From: a virus
Lineage: Duplodnaviria > Caudoviricetes
Strand: one strand, 5' to 3'
Virus record (IMG/VR): IMGVR_UViG_3300020171_000035
Coordinates: 1 to 55,168 of that record
DNA length: 55,168 nt
The position numbers and the translations under genes were made by a program. This document shows, in pieces, positions 9,796 through 20,097 of this stretch. The notes below the pieces were generated by a model. It was given only the letters and a program-made list of their open reading frames with translations. It was not told the origin of the DNA and searched no databases. How positions within the stretch are numbered: position 1 is the stretch's first letter; every line of letters starts with the position of its first letter.

Positions 9796-10703
9796 ACATA
9801 GCTGAAATTGTAAGTTTAGTCCGTAATGAAGTGTTAGATGATGCTGTGATGCCATATCTATGGACGAATGCCGGACTGGTGAGTCATTTTAACCGTGTAT
9901 ACGATGAGCTTGTCCGCGAGACATACTGCATAGTGGATTCGTCTACGGTTAGCGTATGTCAAGTTCCATTGCTCGCGAATCAGTCCCTGCACGCTGCGAG
10001 CCCGAAGGTGTTAAAGATCTTAAGCACATGGCTAAACAGTAATGGATATCCGTTAGACCGCAAGACCGAAGCATTCATGAATGGGTACTTCAACTGGCGC
10101 GCTACGACTGGAACGTATCCATATTGGTTAGTGATGGATAGTCAGAATCGAAATATCGTTCCGTACCCAAAGTATGACACCACTGGGTATGTTGCCGGTG
10201 CATCCAATATCACATTTAATGCGGCAGCAAAAACTATCACAAAGGTTGGAGAAACATTTACCAGTCATTATACAACTGGCGATTCCATCGTGGTAACCGG
10301 GTCTCTTTCAAATAACGGTACGCTTACGCTCTCAAATGTAACAGACACAATTCTTACCGTGAATGAAACTCCTGTTAATGAAAATCTGTGTAGCGCAACG
10401 CTACGGAAAGTCCGCGATACCGTGCTTATGCGAGTTGCCCGGTTACCACTTGTAACGTATACGGCGAGTGATTTGGGGCTCGCAACACCTCCAACCCCAG
10501 AACTGGATGCCACATACCATTATGGGTTAATGGACGGGATTGCCAAATACGCTTACCTGAAGCAAGACACGGAAACCTATGATTTCGAAAGATCAAAACG
10601 ACACGGGGATATATTCGGGGAATTTAAAAGTAGCGTAGCGCTTGATATGGCGATTCTCATGGAGGGTGATACGGTATGCTCTCCACATCTAGGAACATTA
10701 TAA
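9792..10703 (+). CDS. Head-tail adaptor-like protein with inserted beta domain
   Basis: EIVSLVRNEVLDD..PYLWT; PELDATYH..L..AYLKQDTETYD..RS..F pattern of podophage adaptor proteins. Confidence 0.65.
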   Translation: MNIAEIVSLVRNEVLDDAVMPYLWTNAGLVSHFNRVYDELVRETYCIVDSSTVSVCQVPLLANQSLHAASPKVLKILSTWLNSNGYPLDRKTEAFMNGYFNWRATTGTYPYWLVMDSQNRNIVPYPKYDTTGYVAGASNITFNAAAKTITKVGETFTSHYTTGDSIVVTGSLSNNGTLTLSNVTDTILTVNETPVNENLCSATLRKVRDTVLMRVARLPLVTYTASDLGLATPPTPELDATYHYGLMDGIAKYAYLKQDTETYDFERSKRHGDIFGEFKSSVALDMAILMEGDTVCSPHLGTL

Positions 10704-11599
10704 TGGCAGAAACCTTTATTGAAATGAAAGATATTAAGGGTGTAATGAATACGGTTGACCCAACACGGATTCCAGGGGACTACCTTGCAGTTGGGACCAA
10801 CATAGACATCGATGATGAGTTTATGGTTAAGATGGCCAGGGGGCATGTGAAAATTATCTCTGGAAATTGTCATAGCCTATGGTCGAATAAGGACAAAACG
10901 TTCGGCCTTTTTGTAAATGGTGGTGCATTAAAGATGCTTCACCAAGACCTGGTAACAGTAACAACCCTTTTGTCTGGCCTGTATGTAGGTTCCCCAATGT
11001 GCTACACCGAGGGCGGCGGGCTTATCTTTTTCTCAAACCGCGAAGTTATTGGATGTATCCGGGATGGTATTGCTTATCCATTCCCCACGATAGACCAGCC
11101 ATTCAAAAAACGCATGGTTGGCGGACACATTCTTGAATATTTTAATTCAAGGCTCTATGCGGCTGGTTCTGAAATTATTGCTTACAGCGATGCAGCTTCT
11201 CCGTTTATGATGGATGAGCGTGATAACGCTATCCAGCTAACCGGCCAGATTACAATGATGAAGGCGATTGCTGATGGAATGTATGTCAGCCACGGAAATA
11301 CCGTCGCATTCCTTTCGGGACTCTCTCCTTCTGAGTTTAAATATATCCCAGTTAATGACAGCCCTGCCATACCCGGGATGTCTATGACGGTAGAGGGAGA
11401 AGAAGTAGCGAAGGGTATTATGGGACGTGTTGCTATATGGTGGGCGGAAGATGGATGTTTTATTGGTTTACCGGAGGGACAGGTTAAAAACCTGACCAAA
11501 GGTTATTTTACCCTTGAAGACGTGGAGGGTGGTGCCTTAATCTATCGTGACGATCTTGGATTCGGGCAATTCCTTGGAGCGTATAAGGCAAAACTTTAA
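10703..11599 (+). CDS. Tail nozzle/tubular-like beta-propeller protein
   Basis: GVMN..D..NIDIDD..G; YFNSRLY; position directly after the adaptor; TAATG coupling. Confidence 0.55.
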   Translation: MAETFIEMKDIKGVMNTVDPTRIPGDYLAVGTNIDIDDEFMVKMARGHVKIISGNCHSLWSNKDKTFGLFVNGGALKMLHQDLVTVTTLLSGLYVGSPMCYTEGGGLIFFSNREVIGCIRDGIAYPFPTIDQPFKKRMVGGHILEYFNSRLYAAGSEIIAYSDAASPFMMDERDNAIQLTGQITMMKAIADGMYVSHGNTVAFLSGLSPSEFKYIPVNDSPAIPGMSMTVEGEEVAKGIMGRVAIWWAEDGCFIGLPEGQVKNLTKGYFTLEDVEGGALIYRDDLGFGQFLGAYKAKL

Positions 11600-11614
11600 T
11601 AGGAGGATATTACA

Positions 11615-12400
11615 ATGGCATTTCAATTTTCTACAGGTTTGAGGCAGTATTTATTGGGTGAAGGATCGGTTCGAAAGGCGTTTGAAGATTCGATGATTAA
11701 AATCTTCAGCGGGACCGCTCCCGTAGATGCAGATGCAGCGGAAACTGGGGTTTTACTTTGCCCTATTACAAAGGCGAGCGGGACAGTTACCCTTGGAGAT
11801 CGATCTACTCCAAGAGCGTATGAAATTGCAATATCGGGCACTATCACGACCGGTAATGTGGTTAGTATTAACGTTACGGTTGATGGTGTTGGTCCAACGG
11901 CGTATCCCTATACGATTCTTGCCGCAGATGATAGTCGTCTAAAAATCGCCGCCAAGGTTGCCAGAATGTTAAATGACATTCCGCAAATTCGGGCAATCCC
12001 GGATATCGATGATGCGACTGGCCTTATATACGTTCAGGGCAGTATCGATGGTTTAGATTTAACTTTGGCAGATGTTCCCGGAACATGTACGACAACCGTT
12101 ACTGCAAAACAGGCCGCAGTAAGAACCAATTGTATCCAGCTAGCCCTTCCGGTTGCTGGTACTATCGGAAAGGAATCCGCTGTTAATTCTGGAATCAACG
12201 TTGCCGCTGGAACCGCCAGTCATTTTAGACTTGTTATTTCAACGGATGTTGGATCTTCCACCGCCCTAACTAACCTAAGAATTCAAGGAACGGTTGGTAT
12301 TAGCGGAACCGACTTGGTTCTTAACTCGACAAACTTCGCTGTTGGTGCAACAACGACTATCAGTTCGATTGCGATTACAATCCCGGCAACGACAGTCTAA
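11615..12400 (+). CDS. Phage tail-associated structural protein
   Basis: FSTGLR..IKIFSG..P..AD.AETG.LL..GTASHFRL..RIQGTVG.SG.DL motif; RBS AGGAGG. Confidence 0.6.
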   Translation: MAFQFSTGLRQYLLGEGSVRKAFEDSMIKIFSGTAPVDADAAETGVLLCPITKASGTVTLGDRSTPRAYEIAISGTITTGNVVSINVTVDGVGPTAYPYTILAADDSRLKIAAKVARMLNDIPQIRAIPDIDDATGLIYVQGSIDGLDLTLADVPGTCTTTVTAKQAAVRTNCIQLALPVAGTIGKESAVNSGINVAAGTASHFRLVISTDVGSSTALTNLRIQGTVGISGTDLVLNSTNFAVGATTTISSIAITIPATTV

Positions 12401-12415
12401 ATAGGAGGGATTAAA

Positions 12416-13177
12416 ATGCCGAATTTAAAGATTACCCAATTAACTCCGGATACTACACCGACTGCCGATGACCTGATTATAATAGTAAACGATCCCGGAG
12501 GAGTCCCTACTAATAGAAAGGCGACGATTGCCAATCTTTTTGCTGCCAATAAGTTGTCTGCGCTTGCCGCCACCACCTCGGCTGAACTTGCCGGGGTGAT
12601 AAGTAATGAAACTGGTACGGGAGCCTTGGTGTTTGCTGAAAGCCCAACGCTTGTAAGTCCTGCACTTGGAACACCAGCGTCAGCAGTCTTGACTAACGCA
12701 ACGGGACTACCAACGGCGGGGCATGTCGATGCTAGCGTTACTGGAGTAAAGTTATCGGCTACGGCAGGTTCGAAATCTATTGTGAGGGAAGGAAAAACAA
12801 TTGCTACCGCTGCTGGTGCTACTAATGAATATATTATTGCCCCAGAAGCGGGTTCATTAACTTCAGTTGAAATTAATCCCCTAGATGCCTTGGCAGCAAA
12901 CGATACCAACTATATCACTTGGACCGTGGTTAACTTAGGACAAAACGGAGCAGGCTCAACTGCCATGCTGGCCGTTGATAATGCTAATACCACCAAGGCA
13001 ACCGGTGGAACAGCATTGGCTGTTAATACTAAGCGAACCTTGACCATTCATGGTACAGAGGCAAACCTAGTTGTGGCGCAAGGCGATAAGATTCAAATTG
13101 TCGCTACTGTTAGTGGAACCCTAGCTAATACAGTTACTGTTCCTATTTATATATTGAGATTTAAAGTAACAACCTAA
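12416..13177 (+). CDS. Tail fibre-like protein
   Basis: N-terminus paralogous to 3231; ETGTGALVFAESPTLVSPALGTPAS fibre motif. Confidence 0.65.
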   Translation: MPNLKITQLTPDTTPTADDLIIIVNDPGGVPTNRKATIANLFAANKLSALAATTSAELAGVISNETGTGALVFAESPTLVSPALGTPASAVLTNATGLPTAGHVDASVTGVKLSATAGSKSIVREGKTIATAAGATNEYIIAPEAGSLTSVEINPLDALAANDTNYITWTVVNLGQNGAGSTAMLAVDNANTTKATGGTALAVNTKRTLTIHGTEANLVVAQGDKIQIVATVSGTLANTVTVPIYILRFKVTT

Positions 13178-13204
13178 CCTTAGTTTAAATAGGGGGAATT
13201 TAAA

Positions 13205-13756
13205 ATGGCAAAAGTAGTATCCTTCGATGGTTCGGTAGCGACCTTTCGTATCTTGGGAAATGCCGCTACCACACATAATTTATTTACTATTGAGAACGCA
13301 GTCGGTTCAACCACACTAATTGGCATTAGGGAGCTAATAGTTCAATTAGATGCAACCGCTGTTTTGGTAGCAGTAATGCCGTTAGTGAAGGTAAGTCGTC
13401 CGGCTGCGCTTCCAACGGGTGGCACTGTATTAATAAAAAGTAAATTCGATACAAACCAAAGTCCCAACGAAAGTGTCATACCAAGGGGGGCAAATGCAGC
13501 CGATGATGGTGGAGCTACGGCCATTACGGCTACCGCTGCCGACATCATGTGGCAACAGTATTGCATGAGACTACATACGGCTGCCGGACAGGTTCTAGCC
13601 CTTGATAATCACCTTATACCAAAATTAGCAGACACCCCCATTATTCTTCGGGCAAATCAGTCCTTACTTGTTCAAGTAGTAGCAGCGGTTGGAACAAGCA
13701 ACCCAGCTACAAATTACTGGTTTGTTCAGTGCGCATGGGAAGAGTTTACAATTTAA
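13205..13756 (+). CDS. Virion protein, paralog of the N-terminal domain of 13758
   Basis: Shares ATFR..GNA, LDATA.L..VMP, WQQY..RLHT..GQVL, GTSNPATN.WFV.C.W. Confidence 0.6.
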   Translation: MAKVVSFDGSVATFRILGNAATTHNLFTIENAVGSTTLIGIRELIVQLDATAVLVAVMPLVKVSRPAALPTGGTVLIKSKFDTNQSPNESVIPRGANAADDGGATAITATAADIMWQQYCMRLHTAAGQVLALDNHLIPKLADTPIILRANQSLLVQVVAAVGTSNPATNYWFVQCAWEEFTI

Positions 13757-13757
13757 T

Positions 13758-15485
13758 ATGGCTATAACCTATAAGGGACTCGCAGCAACCTTTCGTACGA
13801 TTGGAAATGCGTCAACGGTGCAGACTATCTTCACGTTGGCGAATGGCACAGATGCGGCTAATGTTGTTACTGTTCGTAAACTAATAGTACGACTTGATGC
13901 GACGGCAGCCCTAAATGAAGTAATGCCGCAGGTGAGGATAGGCCGTCACGTAACTTCTCCTGCGGGGGGTATTGTTCTTAATAAGGGTTCATTCGACACA
14001 GCCCTTACATCAGATAGTAATATCGTGCTTCGTGGTGCAGCAGTTTCCGATGGGAGCGCCCTGACCCCTATCGCTGTAACCAGTAGCGAAGAAGACTTTT
14101 ATCTACTCCTTGAAGATGGAACCTCATTACTTCTAGAAGATGAATCATTTTTAATATTGAATAGTCCCGCCAGGGTTACATGGCAACAATATACCATAAG
14201 ACTACACACGCTTGAGGGACAGGTTCTCTCTCGCGATAATGAAATTCTCCCATCCTCAGTAGAAGATACACCAATCGTTATACGTTCGGGCCAGGCGCTG
14301 GTCGTTCAAGTTATTTCTGGGATAGGGACAAGTAATCCGGCTACAAACCACTGGTTCGTGGAATGTGTATGGGATGAAGAATTACCACCGCCTGGTCCAC
14401 CCGGAGGTGTTTCGGCTGCAATCTCAGGATTCATTAACATAAGCGGAACCTTCGAGGGTATACAAACCCTTGACCTTATTTCGGGTGAGATTAGGTTTAG
14501 CGGTGAATTGGGGGGATTGACTGGTGGAGTCGGCTCTATCCTGGGATCCATTCCGATTCATGGATTAATCTACGGAGACCCAAGCCTTTATGGAACGATA
14601 ACTGGTTCATATGGATTGGCGGGAAATATATCTGGACTCGTAGGTTCATCCGGGCAAATCCTTGGGTATATCAATTTATCAGGAGAGAAATGGCATGGCT
14701 TCACTGATTTAATCGGAGCTCTATCGGGAAACATTCCGATTAGCGGTAGATTACAAGCCTTCCTTGAACTGCTTACATTTATACTTAAGGGCGCTGTAAC
14801 TAATGCCAGTCATTTTGGAGTGACTGAATATGAGGATTTCGGGTTTAATAGTTTTGCTTGCATCAATGGGGTTTATGTTGCAGCCAGTGAGGATGGTTTA
14901 TTTTCTTTGGGTGGAAAATTAAGGGACGGAGAACCAATACAATCTGAAATTGACGGTGGTATTATAGATTTTCATAAACCCTATAAAAGAAAACCAAGAC
15001 AGGTATGGATTACCAAACGTGTTGATGATGCAAATATTGTAACGGCAGCGGCTATCGTTAACGGAGGCTCCTCGTATGCAGTGAATAACATCCTGACCGT
15101 AGTGGGTGGAACCGGAACGGCTGCAACGTTGAAAGTGACAACGGTGTCCACTGGGGTCATTACGGGCATTACCATTAACGCAGTGGGCGCATATACCGTT
15201 AACCCAACGAATCCCGTTTTGGTAACGGGAGGGGCTGGTTCTGGTGCAACATTTAACCTAACACTTAAGGACCCACTTGTTTTAATCGTTAAGGGTGATG
15301 AGGATGATGTTCACGAATATCCAATTGTCATCATTGACAGTAAGATACACGAGGAACGTGTGAAGATTGCCCGTGGTTTAAGGAATCGGTTTTACCAGTT
15401 TGGTATCAAAAACGTCGATGGCGCTGACTTTGAAATAGATTCAATTCGTATTATGGTTGATGGAATTCCAGCGAAGAAACGTTAA
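13758..15485 (+). CDS. Multi-domain tail protein
   Basis: Paralogous N-terminal domain, Gly-rich G-x-I repeats, C-terminal TEY..FNSFA..GL..L..RGLRNRFYQF domain. Confidence 0.6.
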   Translation: MAITYKGLAATFRTIGNASTVQTIFTLANGTDAANVVTVRKLIVRLDATAALNEVMPQVRIGRHVTSPAGGIVLNKGSFDTALTSDSNIVLRGAAVSDGSALTPIAVTSSEEDFYLLLEDGTSLLLEDESFLILNSPARVTWQQYTIRLHTLEGQVLSRDNEILPSSVEDTPIVIRSGQALVVQVISGIGTSNPATNHWFVECVWDEELPPPGPPGGVSAAISGFINISGTFEGIQTLDLISGEIRFSGELGGLTGGVGSILGSIPIHGLIYGDPSLYGTITGSYGLAGNISGLVGSSGQILGYINLSGEKWHGFTDLIGALSGNIPISGRLQAFLELLTFILKGAVTNASHFGVTEYEDFGFNSFACINGVYVAASEDGLFSLGGKLRDGEPIQSEIDGGIIDFHKPYKRKPRQVWITKRVDDANIVTAAAIVNGGSSYAVNNILTVVGGTGTAATLKVTTVSTGVITGITINAVGAYTVNPTNPVLVTGGAGSGATFNLTLKDPLVLIVKGDEDDVHEYPIVIIDSKIHEERVKIARGLRNRFYQFGIKNVDGADFEIDSIRIMVDGIPAKKR

Positions 15486-15486
15486 T

Positions 15487-17427
15487 ATGGCAGAAGATAA
15501 ATACTTTCATCAGAACCCTGTAAGGTGGAAAATAATTGGCAATCAGCTCGATGCACTTCCGTATCGTGGCGAGGCTACGAAATTGCTCTGGCAATTAAAG
15601 AACGGTATGAAGTTTAATGATATAAGGCAAGGTGGGATGACACGATATTTTGAGGATGGAACGGTTATTACTGCTAGGTCTGTTTTTGGACAGGATTTTT
15701 TAAGCATTAATGTTCCATCGATTCCAATGGTAGCGATGGAGGAAGAAGAGATTGATGGATTCTTAGTATTTTATATCAAGAATGGACTACTAAAGTTTAG
15801 TCTTATAGAATATCTGCAATTAAATTCTATCGCTAACGGAACTAGTAAGGCAAAGCCCAAGGAAAAGGATGCCCTGGAGAATGGATTTGATATACAAACG
15901 TTTCAAAACAACCTACATTGGCCGTTTATCCACTGTTGTGTTCCCTTTGAATATCTTTACGAGACTGGGAGCGAAACGGTAACTAAGAATATTTATATCA
16001 TAGGATTGGGGTTCAAGTTAAATCCTAGCGTGAAATCTGAGGGACCACTCCCAGAATATGAAAATTACAGTTATCTTTCTGACGGTGGGATTTCAGATCC
16101 AATGGTGACCGCACCATCGTATCATCCCGTTTATTTCTACGTTTTTGATCCAGATTCTGGAAAATATTACTATTTAGGAAAGGATGAAGCGGGATGGTGG
16201 GCTACTGGCTGGTCCGGTGGTTTTAACGTTAATGGAAATAAAATCTACTACCATGATGCAAACGAAAGTCTTCTAAAGGTATTTCAACTTAAAGACGAAG
16301 AAATAGTTTTAATTAAACAGGTTGACACGAATTGGGAGAATGGACTTTTTGTGTCGTCTGACGGTTATTTTTATGGTTGGTATCGTGAAATTGTTGGGAA
16401 AAAAAATACTTCCTGGTATCCAGGCATTCTCTACGAGTTAACGAATCACGATCTTACACATTGGGTGATGTATGCGGGAGAAGAGCCAAAATATTACATG
16501 AGGTTAAACATAGAAACCGAAGAGTGGGAGCCATATTGGTACGATGAATTAATCTCGAACAGCGAAACTGGCACCTGGAGAACCACCACATGCCCATTAA
16601 ATGAGTCGGCATCCTTTACCTATTCCCAGATTGGTAAAAGATGGTATATCAAATCTGATGGTAAAAAGCTGGTCATGGATTACATCCTTTATGATATTGA
16701 CACAAGCGGAACTCAGGAAGGGGTTTATACGTCAGAAAACTTGGGTGGCCCTCCAGAACATCCAACAACGAAATATCATTTTACCCTCGATGAAATCATG
16801 TCGGGAAGTGGTATCGCTCAAGCCAAAAACTTCGCTAAAGTCTATACATCTTTTTCAAGAAACACAAATAAGCACGTTTACTACACATACACACAGGAAT
16901 GGGATCCAGGGTTGCTGCCGGAGGCAGGATATAAAGTAATCGAAATAACGGTTGAAGATAACGAAAATGTTGGATGGACATCCCAATTGGACTTGGGCAT
17001 GATGAGATTTCCCTTCCTTAAAGACGATAAAATATTCTGTCAATTAGAGAAAAATGATTATGAGGTTTCTTCCAACATTGTGGGTCACTGGACACAAGCT
17101 GAAGGATACGTAGTCGATTCTGGCTCCAGGTCTTATGGAGGTAGCAATCCACCGTATTACCTTTACTCTCCCTATGAGGAATTTCCGCTTACCAGACCTC
17201 AGGAATGGATCGAATACGGACAGATCTATTCCGATTATAATAAACTCCTTGTTCAATCCGTTGTTTCCGGATCAGCAGTGGGATTCAATCCTATTATTTA
17301 TTTTAATGGGCAACGAATAGAGGATCAATTAGCTTCTTGTTTGGAAATTAGTCCAAGCGATATCATGTGTATCGTTATGGTTCCAGGATTAGATAAAGAT
17401 CCAAACAGAACAATATTTACAGGTTAG
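15487..17427 (+). CDS. Tail-associated protein, possibly receptor-binding (Tyr/Trp-rich)
   Basis: N-terminal DGTVITARSVFGQD.I.I motif then a long aromatic-rich beta region; in the tail cluster. Confidence 0.5.
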   Translation: MAEDKYFHQNPVRWKIIGNQLDALPYRGEATKLLWQLKNGMKFNDIRQGGMTRYFEDGTVITARSVFGQDFLSINVPSIPMVAMEEEEIDGFLVFYIKNGLLKFSLIEYLQLNSIANGTSKAKPKEKDALENGFDIQTFQNNLHWPFIHCCVPFEYLYETGSETVTKNIYIIGLGFKLNPSVKSEGPLPEYENYSYLSDGGISDPMVTAPSYHPVYFYVFDPDSGKYYYLGKDEAGWWATGWSGGFNVNGNKIYYHDANESLLKVFQLKDEEIVLIKQVDTNWENGLFVSSDGYFYGWYREIVGKKNTSWYPGILYELTNHDLTHWVMYAGEEPKYYMRLNIETEEWEPYWYDELISNSETGTWRTTTCPLNESASFTYSQIGKRWYIKSDGKKLVMDYILYDIDTSGTQEGVYTSENLGGPPEHPTTKYHFTLDEIMSGSGIAQAKNFAKVYTSFSRNTNKHVYYTYTQEWDPGLLPEAGYKVIEITVEDNENVGWTSQLDLGMMRFPFLKDDKIFCQLEKNDYEVSSNIVGHWTQAEGYVVDSGSRSYGGSNPPYYLYSPYEEFPLTRPQEWIEYGQIYSDYNKLLVQSVVSGSAVGFNPIIYFNGQRIEDQLASCLEISPSDIMCIVMVPGLDKDPNRTIFTG

Positions 17428-17442
17428 AAGGGGTGATAAAAA

Positions 17443-18759
17443 ATGACCATTTCTGGAGATGCGGGACTTTTTCCCTTAACAAAAGAGCTTATAGTAGATA
17501 AATACAATCAATCCATGATTTTTGCCAGGGATTCCATTGTTGACACAAGAGATACCCTTGATAGGTTGAGCGATGCCGTAGAGGTGTTACGGGGAATTGA
17601 CGTGTTGGTTTCGATAGATAAGGTTTCCCCAGTTCAATTACCCGAAGTGTTTACGTTGATTCCCCCAAGTATTCCGACTGGTATAAGTATGACCCTACCG
17701 TCATCCCCAGCCAAACCTGGTTTGATAAGAATAGATATTTCCGACCTTAACCTACCAGACATGGAATATCTTCCGGTACCAAGCGTAGCAATTAATGCGG
17801 GTCCCCAGTCCTATTCGTCCCAGCTTCTATCTGCGGTTCAGGTTAAATTACTCCGTGATATTAACGAGGGTGGAACCGGTATACCCATTGAAGTAAGGGA
17901 AGATATTTATAATTACGAATATGAGAAAAATTTACAAGAACTCCTCGATACAAAAGATAAGATAGCAAATGAGTGGAGTAAACGTGGATTGCCGATTCCG
18001 GACAGCGCACTTATATCAGCCCTGGCACAGGCTGATGTTGCATACCTTAATAGGGGTCATACCGTTTCCAGGGACATTCGTATTGAGCATATGAAGTTGG
18101 CGCATCAAAATACTCAATTCGCAGTCCAGCAATCAGTTGCCCTTGAACAGGTTCTTGTGGGTTTTGCCAGTATGGCTTGTCAACGGATATTTGAAGCCTC
18201 GAAAGCGCAGGTTGAAATGCAAATTGCTGTAGTAAATTCCCTCTTGCAAAAATATAGAATCATGACAGACATTTATACTGCAATTGTAAGTTCAAGAATA
18301 GAACTCGCTCGTGCAACTGTACAGATTTATTCGGCTGAAGTTGAAGCATATAAATCCGAGATTATGGCTGAATCCATGAAGGTCGATGCTCAATTAAAAA
18401 CATTCTTGGCCGAGGTGGATATTTTTAAGGCTAAGGCTTCGGTGTTTGAGAGTTTATCTAATGTGAATATAAAGATATTTGAAGCTTACATTCAGGAAGC
18501 TATTTCAAAGGCTAGCCTTTATCTTAAAGAAGCCGAGATTCGCATTCAAAGCCATGCCGCCCTGAATGGTATGAAAATGGAGACACTTAGGTCTATTGCA
18601 GCAACCACGGCACAATTTGTTGCTGGGGCGTTAAGTAGTGTCAGCGCTGGAGCGACCATTGGTATTGACGGGAAGGTTTCCAGTAGCGTGAGTGAACAGT
18701 TTGGGGAATCTCATGAGTATAAGTATGAGGGAGATCGTGATCCTGTGTGGAATGGATAA
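17443..18759 (+). CDS. Virion structural protein (Pro-rich linker, coiled coil)
   Basis: GGTGIP..E..I..W..RG..P motif followed by a long helical region. Confidence 0.5.
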   Translation: MTISGDAGLFPLTKELIVDKYNQSMIFARDSIVDTRDTLDRLSDAVEVLRGIDVLVSIDKVSPVQLPEVFTLIPPSIPTGISMTLPSSPAKPGLIRIDISDLNLPDMEYLPVPSVAINAGPQSYSSQLLSAVQVKLLRDINEGGTGIPIEVREDIYNYEYEKNLQELLDTKDKIANEWSKRGLPIPDSALISALAQADVAYLNRGHTVSRDIRIEHMKLAHQNTQFAVQQSVALEQVLVGFASMACQRIFEASKAQVEMQIAVVNSLLQKYRIMTDIYTAIVSSRIELARATVQIYSAEVEAYKSEIMAESMKVDAQLKTFLAEVDIFKAKASVFESLSNVNIKIFEAYIQEAISKASLYLKEAEIRIQSHAALNGMKMETLRSIAATTAQFVAGALSSVSAGATIGIDGKVSSSVSEQFGESHEYKYEGDRDPVWNG

Positions 18760-18777
18760 TTAAAGGGGTAACTTAAA

Positions 18778-20097
18778 ATGGCAAGATATGATGATGAAGA
18801 AGAGGGAATTGTCCGAGAAGGAAGGCGAGAACCTGGTATTTATTCTTTAGCCGAAATGCCTAAGCCAGCCAGGGAGGGTGTTCTTGGAAGGGCATATGAA
18901 ACAATGGTTGAGCCATGGGTAGAGGGTTACCAAAAATATGTCGGAAGACCTACTCAGCGGATAGTTGGCGCTGCTGCTGGTGCTGCCTATAGGGGGATCG
19001 TAGAACCGCTCGCCAGGGACATTGGTTATATAGCTACGGGAAAAAGAAGTTTTCCCTCAACGGGTGATCTTTCCAGGGAAGTAGCAGGTAAGGTTATCGC
19101 TGGAGCCCAACCATTTGGTACTCAAGATGATTACGCTACCCGGGGAGAGGGTAGAATTCAACCTCAACGGGAACCTCAACCAGTCGTAGCTCCACAACCT
19201 GATCTGGAACGTATGTGGGGTATTACGCGGGAAGCCCTTCCAACTGGAGCTACCAAGTATACACTCCCGGGTGAAGAGGGAGTTATGACGGTAGGTCGTG
19301 AAACAAGAGGTCCAGCTACGGCTGCCTTTGATGAAGAATATGCCAGGGCGGGAGTGATGCAGGCTGCCCGTATGGGAGAGGCTGAACGTGAACGTGGTAT
19401 TATATATCGTGAGCAGGTAGAGCAGGCCAAACGTACACAAGCTGAAACTGATGTTCGCCTGGAGGAAGAAAAATTACAAGAAGCTGCTGGTATCATTCCA
19501 CGCAGAGGAATGGCAGAATATGAATATGGTGCCAAATTAATGAGAATGACACCACGAGAAAGAAGGGAAGAAGCGAAGGCAACAGGGAAAGCCAGGGAAA
19601 CATATATCGCTGGTCGTGCTGCAAGGGAAGCCGCTGGTGTTCAGGTCGAAGGCGTTGTCTCCGCGGCTGGCATGAAAGCACAAACTGAAGCTGCCAAACT
19701 AGGTATACAGGCTGCTGATGTTAAGTCTCGCATTCAGTTAAGACAAACGCAGATGGATAAAATGCTTACGGAAACGGGGTTACTTGAACCAATGAAGTTG
19801 AAACTTCAGGGCGCTAGGGATGCCGTTGCAAGAACCAAGATTCAACGTGATACATATGAATCGGCTAATAAACAGATATATAACAATACCATCAAGGGTC
19901 TCCAGGACAAATTTAACATAGGCCAAATAGATGCCGTAACATATGATACTGAACTTAACACTCTTACGAAAAGCTTTGCTGCACGTCAGGACATGATTGC
20001 TGATCAGTATGCTATGGAGGGTCAGGTACATTCTTCTGGTGTAGCGGTAATGAAAAATGGTATATGGGTAGATATTGAGAAGGGAAAGATAAAATAA
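18778..20097 (+). CDS. Putative internal virion (ejection) protein
   Basis: Helical and A/E/R-rich; directly upstream of the giant protein as in podoviruses. Confidence 0.45.
   Translation: MARYDDEEEGIVREGRREPGIYSLAEMPKPAREGVLGRAYETMVEPWVEGYQKYVGRPTQRIVGAAAGAAYRGIVEPLARDIGYIATGKRSFPSTGDLSREVAGKVIAGAQPFGTQDDYATRGEGRIQPQREPQPVVAPQPDLERMWGITREALPTGATKYTLPGEEGVMTVGRETRGPATAAFDEEYARAGVMQAARMGEAERERGIIYREQVEQAKRTQAETDVRLEEEKLQEAAGIIPRRGMAEYEYGAKLMRMTPRERREEAKATGKARETYIAGRAAREAAGVQVEGVVSAAGMKAQTEAAKLGIQAADVKSRIQLRQTQMDKMLTETGLLEPMKLKLQGARDAVARTKIQRDTYESANKQIYNNTIKGLQDKFNIGQIDAVTYDTELNTLTKSFAARQDMIADQYAMEGQVHSSGVAVMKNGIWVDIEKGKIK

Noticed and set aside
1834-17427. Diversity-generating retroelement targeting fibre genes
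   Set aside because: No reverse transcriptase and no near-identical TR/VR pair differing at adenines were seen in the window
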